This document shows positions 7,509 to 12,290 of a stretch of 12,290 nt of DNA, piece after piece. Every line of letters starts with the position of its first letter. Within the stretch, counting starts at the first letter, position 1. Location of the stretch: positions 1 through 12,290 of the forward strand of contig NW_021826690.1 in NCBI RefSeq assembly GCF_006345805.1, in the 5' to 3' direction. A model generated the notes under the pieces. That model did not search any database, was not told where the DNA came from, and saw nothing but the letters and a program-made list of their open reading frames with translations. Made by a program: the position numbers and the translations under genes. This stretch comes from Octopus sinensis (taxonomy: Eukaryota).

Positions 7509-8043
7509 GCAGCAGCAGCACCAGCACCAGCAACAACAACAATAATAACAACAGCAACAAAGCCGAAAAGGAATTACTCTAAATCCTCGTCATCCTCTTC
7601 TATCACAGCAGCATCAATTTATCACATGTAAATCTCATTTCCTTTATTTTTTTCATTACCCAAACAGTCGTACGGTATTATTTATTAAAACATTTTGTCG
7701 TAAAAATGTAATATTTTTCTTTAACAAAAAAAAAAGAAGAAAACACCCATTTATATAAAACAAGTTGAAGATTAAACAAGAATTTAAAAGAAAGAACGCT
7801 GTGTACTAGAAATGAACCGAAGCATTCATCCGTATCCTTGGAATGAAACAGTGCCATTCCTTTCTTATATGTTTTGTTTCTTTCTTTTCTTTCTTCTCTC
7901 TATTTTCGTTCCTATTAACTTCTTCGATATTGCATGCACTCGGTCATCTTTCATTTTATTTTCCAACAATCTTGACGAGCGAGCACATGCGTGTTTGTAT
8001 GCAGTTGTGGGAGGCTTTAAGCTGCTTATATCTTAAGATTTTT

Positions 8044-8208
8044 GAGCAGGAGTGGCTGTGTGGTAAGTAGCTTGCTTGCCAAGCACATGGTTTCCGGGTT
8101 CAGTCCCACTGCGTGGCACCTTGGGTAAATGTCTTCTACTATAGCATCGGGCCGACCAAAGCCTTGTGAGTGGATTTGGTAGACGGAAACTGAAAGAAGC
8201 CCGTCGTG

Positions 8209-8239
<31 letters not shown>

Positions 8240-8476
8240 GTGTGTTGTGTGTGTGTGTGTATGTGTGTGTGTATGTTTGTGTGTCTGTGTTTGTCCTCCC
8301 AACATCGCTTGACAACTGATGCTGGTGTGTTTACGTCCTCGTAACTTAGCGGTTCGGCAAAAGGGACTAATAGAATAAGTACTAGCCTGGGGTCGATTTG
8401 CTCGACTAAAGTGAAGCTCCAGCATGGCCGCAGTCAAATGACTGAAACAAATAAAGGAATAAAAGAATAAAAGAAT
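8044..8476 (+). mobile_element. Full-length SINE family 2 (CORE-like, internal TA/TG microsatellite, CR1-type 3' tail)
   Basis: Box A at 8053-8063, box B at 8097-8107, CORE-like gtggcaccttgggtaaatgtc, microsatellite at about 8208-8290. Tail 8416-8476 is shared with the LINE tail at 2322-2379. Confidence 0.9.
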
Positions 8477-8679
8477 CTATTTTCCTTTCAAATACACGCT
8501 GTGTTTAATTTCTTCCTCCATTCAGTTATTCTCTAATGTTTTTTTCCTTTTCTTCCTGAGTTTCATTTTGTTTTCTTTCAGTTATTCTTATTCTTTGAAC
8601 CTTCACTCGCTTTCCAACACTATTCTTACTGCTTCGAACACTTCAGTATTTCTTTTCCTATCCACCCCCACATATTTCT

Positions 8680-8908
8680 TATTTCTTAACTGCTCACAAG
8701 GGGCTACAGACAGAGGGGACGAACAAGGACAGACAAACGGATTAAGTCGATTATATCGATCCCAGTGCGTAACTGGTACTTATTTAATCGACCCCGAAAC
8801 GATGAAAGGCAAAGTCGACCTCGGCGGAATTTGAACTCAGAGCGTGGCGGCAGACAAAATACCGCTAAGCATTTCGCCCGGCGCGCTAACGTTTCTGCCA
8901 GCTTGCCG
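8680..8908 (-). mobile_element. Full-length SINE family 1
   Basis: High similarity to 6653-6885 and 11903-12130. 14-bp target-site duplication cccca(c/t)atatttct at 8666-8679 and 8909-8922 (13/14). Confidence 0.92.
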
Positions 8909-9109
8909 CCCCATATATTTCTATGCATATATACTGATTGCGTAAATCTATGATCAAAACGTCCCTAACGTGAGAACCCGTCTTACGTGTATCCCGTACT
9001 ACAGTGTCCTATATGTCGCTCTTTTTCTAAGGCATGCTACAGTATAAAAATGAGTTCTCTGGTACTTCTAACAAATCGGGCGGCGACATGTTGACTTACC
9101 AATAACTCA

Positions 9110-9185
9110 GTTGCTGTTTAACCTCCGTTCACCTTTCCCTGAGCAGACCTTATGATCAAGAGCATTCCAGCTTTGGCCATGTCTT
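9110..9185 (-). mobile_element. Family 3-related tail fragment
   Basis: Reverse complement gctggaatgctcttgatcataaggtctgctc...ggttaaacagcaac parallels ggttggaacacctttgatcataagcctgctc...ggttaaactgcatc. Confidence 0.65.
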
Positions 9186-9216
9186 CATTTATATAGCTTT
9201 TAGCACATCCGTTTAA

Positions 9217-9583
9217 TCTCTCTATATATAAACGGCAAAATATCTGTCTGTGTCTGTGTGTGTGTACCCTTTATACAAATCCGCAATTTTTAGTTAGAGG
9301 ACTCACACTTTCTATGGTCATTCAAAACCGTCCAAGGGTTGTCGTGCACATCTTTACACTTCCCCAATCACCCTGCAAAGCCATTAAAATATCAATTGAA
9401 GTGACTTTTTTGTGAAGTTTCTATCCAAAACCCAATCAAAATGCCCGAAACTTGATACGTCAATTGAATGCCAGCTAGGCTGTATGTGATTGGTCGGAGA
9501 TTTGGACAGTACTCGCGTGTATGTGCGCACGCACGCAGCTGTATATGCATGCACTAGCACTATGACCCGAGTCATAGTGCTAG
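9217..9583 (+). mobile_element. Non-autonomous Helitron
   Basis: 5' TC (tctctctatatataaacgg) follows A9216; 3' CTAG at 9580-9583 precedes T9584; no target-site duplication; terminal hairpin at 9554-9583. These are the established Helitron A|T-target hallmarks. Confidence 0.78.
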
Positions 9584-9798
9584 TTTAATTTTAAAATGGT
9601 AGGTAGTGACTTGAAGCAGATTTAGCTGCTGTTTCTAGTATGTTGAGCGATGACCCAATCGATAGATAAGGACAGCCTGACGAAAGAACATCGTATTTTT
9701 TTTTATCTGTTAAGGATTTTGTTGCTTTTGTTTAAGCAGTCATCACAATTAAATTCCAATTGGTACCCTGCGTGAGTTCTTGCTAATGTATAATTGTA

Positions 9799-9897
9799 GG
9801 TTAGATCTAATCAAATAGACCTACATTCAAAGAATCTCCAATCGTAGCTGTATTGTTTTTTCTTCTTTAGACATCACGTCTTGGACTACATTATCTG
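9799..9897 (-). mobile_element. Old family 3 fragment
   Basis: Reverse complement aligns colinearly with 6470-6488 joined to 6901-6975. Confidence 0.55.
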
Positions 9898-10146
9898 ATG
9901 ATGGTAACAGTTTCTTCGTGTCCGAAGATCATGAGGAAGTGAGGCACGCTCCCAAATGGTTTCGTAAAACCTGGTCGCTGTCAGGTTTTATTATTTTTTT
10001 CCTGCCTGTGCTTAGTTTTAAAGTGAGAGTCACTGCGCACAGCTCGATCCCACAGCAACTCAGCTACATTATTCAATGTAGTAAAAAATACACATTTCAA
10101 GCAGAAATAATCGATTGGATTTCAGCAATCGTTATAAAGTTTTTTA

Positions 10147-10858
10147 CGAGGAGGGCTGAAAAGTTCTTGGCATTGGGTCAAAGAAAATACAGGAGGATCA
10201 GTTTTTTTTCTGTAGTTTCAGCTCAGAGCTGCGGCCATGCTGATGCACCGCCGTTTTGTGCTACACTGTTATTACGAAGAGCCTCCTCTAATATGTGGCA
10301 CTTGAAGAAGAATGGGGTTTGATATAGCTACCCTCATTTGCACCTCTTACCGTGAGGTAGGTTCATCTGGGACTCTCGACAGGAAGATGTCCAGCTTTGA
10401 TTTAAAAACGCCTACATCTACTTTATGCACGTTCCTCAGACTCTTTGGGAGAATATTAAAAAGCTGTGGGCCCTTGAAATCCAGGCTGTTGCAATAACTG
10501 GTCCTGAAGAACGATAGCGTTGCTGGGATCTTTGGCACTATGCAGTGTCGTCCCGTTCTGGCATTGGTGTAGCTTTCAATGCCAAAATTTGGCACAACTC
10601 CTTCCAGGATCTTCTAGATGTATATTACTGTATACCCCTCCCGCCTTCTCTCTAGAGAGTAGAGTCTTAGCTGTTTCAGCCTTTCCCAGTAGCTGAGTTA
10701 ATTATAATTTTATTCAACGTGTTCCCCTCTCAGATTCATACACATATTGCAGCGGCCCTTAAGATTTTTTAAGCTCTGTAAAAGAACTCGAAAGTCTAGG
10801 TCTCCAGCCAGGTCTTTCACGATACCCTTAGAGCCAGGATCTTTTGAGTTTCCCCTCG
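10147..10858 (-). mobile_element. Mariner-derived MITE, about 216 bp without its insert, split by a LINE
   Basis: TA at 10145-10146 and 10859-10860. Imperfect TIRs: cgaggagggctgaaaagttcttggc versus cgaggggaaactcaaaagatcctggc. The interior reads K.WLET..EFFYR..K.LKGRCNMCMNLRGEHVE* (one frameshift, stop at 10710-10712), resembling a mariner transposase C-terminus. Confidence 0.8.
10204..10695 (-). mobile_element. 5'-truncated CR1/L2-clade LINE (ORF2 remnant 10272-10695 with two in-frame stops)
   Basis: SYWERLKQLRLYSLERRREGYTVIYI*KILEGVVPNFGIESY...GPQLFNILPKSLRN...FKSKLDIFLSRVPDEP; structured tail at 10213-10253; AGTT repeated at 10200-10203 and 10696-10699. Confidence 0.92.
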
Positions 10859-11010
10859 TAGCTTTAGAATTACAGAATTGACAAATGCAGTACCCAGTTC
10901 AATTTCCCAATTCCTGCTGCACTGAAAATGTTATGATGTTCTTGTAGAAAAAGAAAAGAAAAAAGGGTAGCATTAAATAACTATAAAGATAGGTCATCAG
11001 AGTTTAAATA

Positions 11011-11521
11011 CCGTCAATCCTTGAGTATAGTCCGCCCTTGAGTATAATACGTAGGGGATTTTTAGGGGGCTGTACCTCTGAAAAACCTAAACCTTGTGTA
11101 TAATACGCACCCCTTCTCTAACTTGAGTCAAGGATGTATATATAACGTCTTGGTTTGTAAAAACGTATACAGTAACGTCCTTTATTATTATAGTATATAT
11201 AACATAATGCAAACGTGTAGCTTTTTTGTGCATTTTGTTTGCAGAAAATAAAGAAATAACTGTAATAACGTTTAACAAATGTTGCTTACTGCAAGTTATG
11301 GATGATTCTTTTATGACTTCATTGCTTTCAGGCTTAGCTTTAGGTATTTTTGCACTTGACATCACAAAATGCGTCTGAATAAACATTGCCGAACAGCAAA
11401 TAGGGACTTGAACATTGCTTAGAAAATAATTTTCATTTTTAACCTCGTGTATAATACGCACTAGGGATTTTGACCTTTAAATTTTGGGGAAAAAGTGCGG
11501 ATTATACTCGAGGATTTACAG
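11011..11521. mobile_element. Tc1/mariner-superfamily (Tc2/pogo-like) MITE
   Basis: TA at 11009-11010 and 11522-11523; 25-bp TIRs 11011-11035 and 11497-11521 (21/25); TIR-core motif repeated subterminally. The Tc2 label is inferred from the CCGT(A)... TIR start. Confidence 0.85.
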
Positions 11522-11736
11522 TAATTGTGTCATTAGTCCTATAAAGCACGATCTCATTCTGTAATCCTAGTTATTCAAATTGCCCTTTACTGTGTCTTAT
11601 CTCTCCTGTTTTCTAATTCCACTTGTTATCTTTATCTTTAAGATTATCCCCAGAGCTGATCCTTATGCATCATCTTATAGCTTACATGGAGCTTCCAAAA
11701 TGGAGTGAAAGTTTATTTGGGAAAGCATACATAGAC

Positions 11737-11790
11737 GGAGGCGTGGCTTTATGGCCAAGAAGATCGCTTTGTAACCACTCGGTTTCGGGT
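11737..11790 (+). mobile_element. Degraded tRNA-SINE head (family 2-like)
   Basis: ggaggcgtggctttatggccaagaagatcgctttgtaaccactcggtttcgggt is colinear with 8048-8100. Confidence 0.5.
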
Positions 11791-11902
11791 ATAACATCTG
11801 TATAATACTCAAATAAAATGACAGTAGGTTAAATTAAATAAGGGACACCCGAACCATCAAAAATGAAAGCAGAATAAATACGCGTGGGTAATAAAGAAAC
11901 AT

Positions 11903-12130
11903 GGCGAGCTGGCAGAACCGTCAGCACGCCGGGCGAAATGCGTAGCTGTATTTCGTCTGCCGTTACGTTCTGTGTTCAAATTCCGCCGAGGTCGACTTCG
12001 CCTTTCATCCTTTCGGGGTCGATAAATTAAGTACCAGTTACGCACTGGGGTCGATGTAATCGACTTAATCCGTTCGTCTGTCCTTGTTTGTCCCCTCTAT
12101 GTTTAGCCCCTTGTGGGCAATAAAGAAATA
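11903..12130 (+). mobile_element. Full-length SINE family 1
   Basis: Box A TGGCAGAACCG at 11910-11920, box B GTTCAAATTCC at 11974-11984; reverse complement of the copies at 6653-6885 and 8680-8908. Confidence 0.92.
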
Positions 12131-12183
<53 letters not shown>

Positions 12184-12214
12184 GTCTGTTTGTCTGTCTG
12201 TCTATCTATGCATA

Positions 12215-12256
<42 letters not shown>

Positions 12257-12262
12257 TCTATC
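12131..12262. repeat. (TCTA)n/(TCTG)n microsatellite
   Basis: Direct reading. Confidence 0.95.
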
Positions 12263-12290
12263 AAACCACTATAAGCACACACATACACAT

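Larger units (their letters stand above)
6420..7560 (+). mobile_element. Family 3 retroposon 3' portion with a long trinucleotide tail, hosting two SINE insertions; left boundary approximate
   Basis: Removing 6489-6900 rejoins ataatataatcctagatacgctatgcc...ggatggttacggttggaacgcctttg, which is colinear with the old copy at 9799-9897. The tail runs CAT>CAA>CAG over 6991-7101 and resumes at 7509. Confidence 0.65.

Noticed and set aside
9918-10497. 134-aa and 61-aa plus-strand ORFs
   Set aside because: They cross MITE and LINE junctions or are antisense to LINE ORF2, and contain no recognisable domain.
10861-10945. Extension of the mariner transposase remnant beyond 10860
   Set aside because: The apparent LRG motif is the TIR itself; the element ends at TA 10859-10860 and further similarity was unconvincing.

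Overview
AT-rich eukaryotic non-coding DNA, almost entirely made of microsatellites and nested transposable-element relics; no prokaryotic genes, rRNA, true tRNA or CRISPR. The SINE types and the TA-microsatellite load resemble Octopus (coleoid cephalopod) intron or intergenic DNA; this is an inference from recalled repeat families, not a database result. Supported content: two homologous CR1/L2-clade LINE 3' ends (1934-2379 +, 10204-10695 -), one interrupted RTE LINE 3' end, three tRNA-derived SINE families (about 11 copies), a LINE-like tail family ending in trinucleotide repeats, a non-autonomous Helitron, a mariner-derived MITE carrying one of the LINEs, and a Tc2/pogo-like MITE. No host coding exon could be identified. 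The most notable items are a near-complete type I hammerhead ribozyme fold on the minus strand (3001-3069), a 158-bp-arm foldback (3598-4030), and a structured 3' tail shared by both CR1-type LINEs and a CORE-SINE that shows compensatory stem changes.
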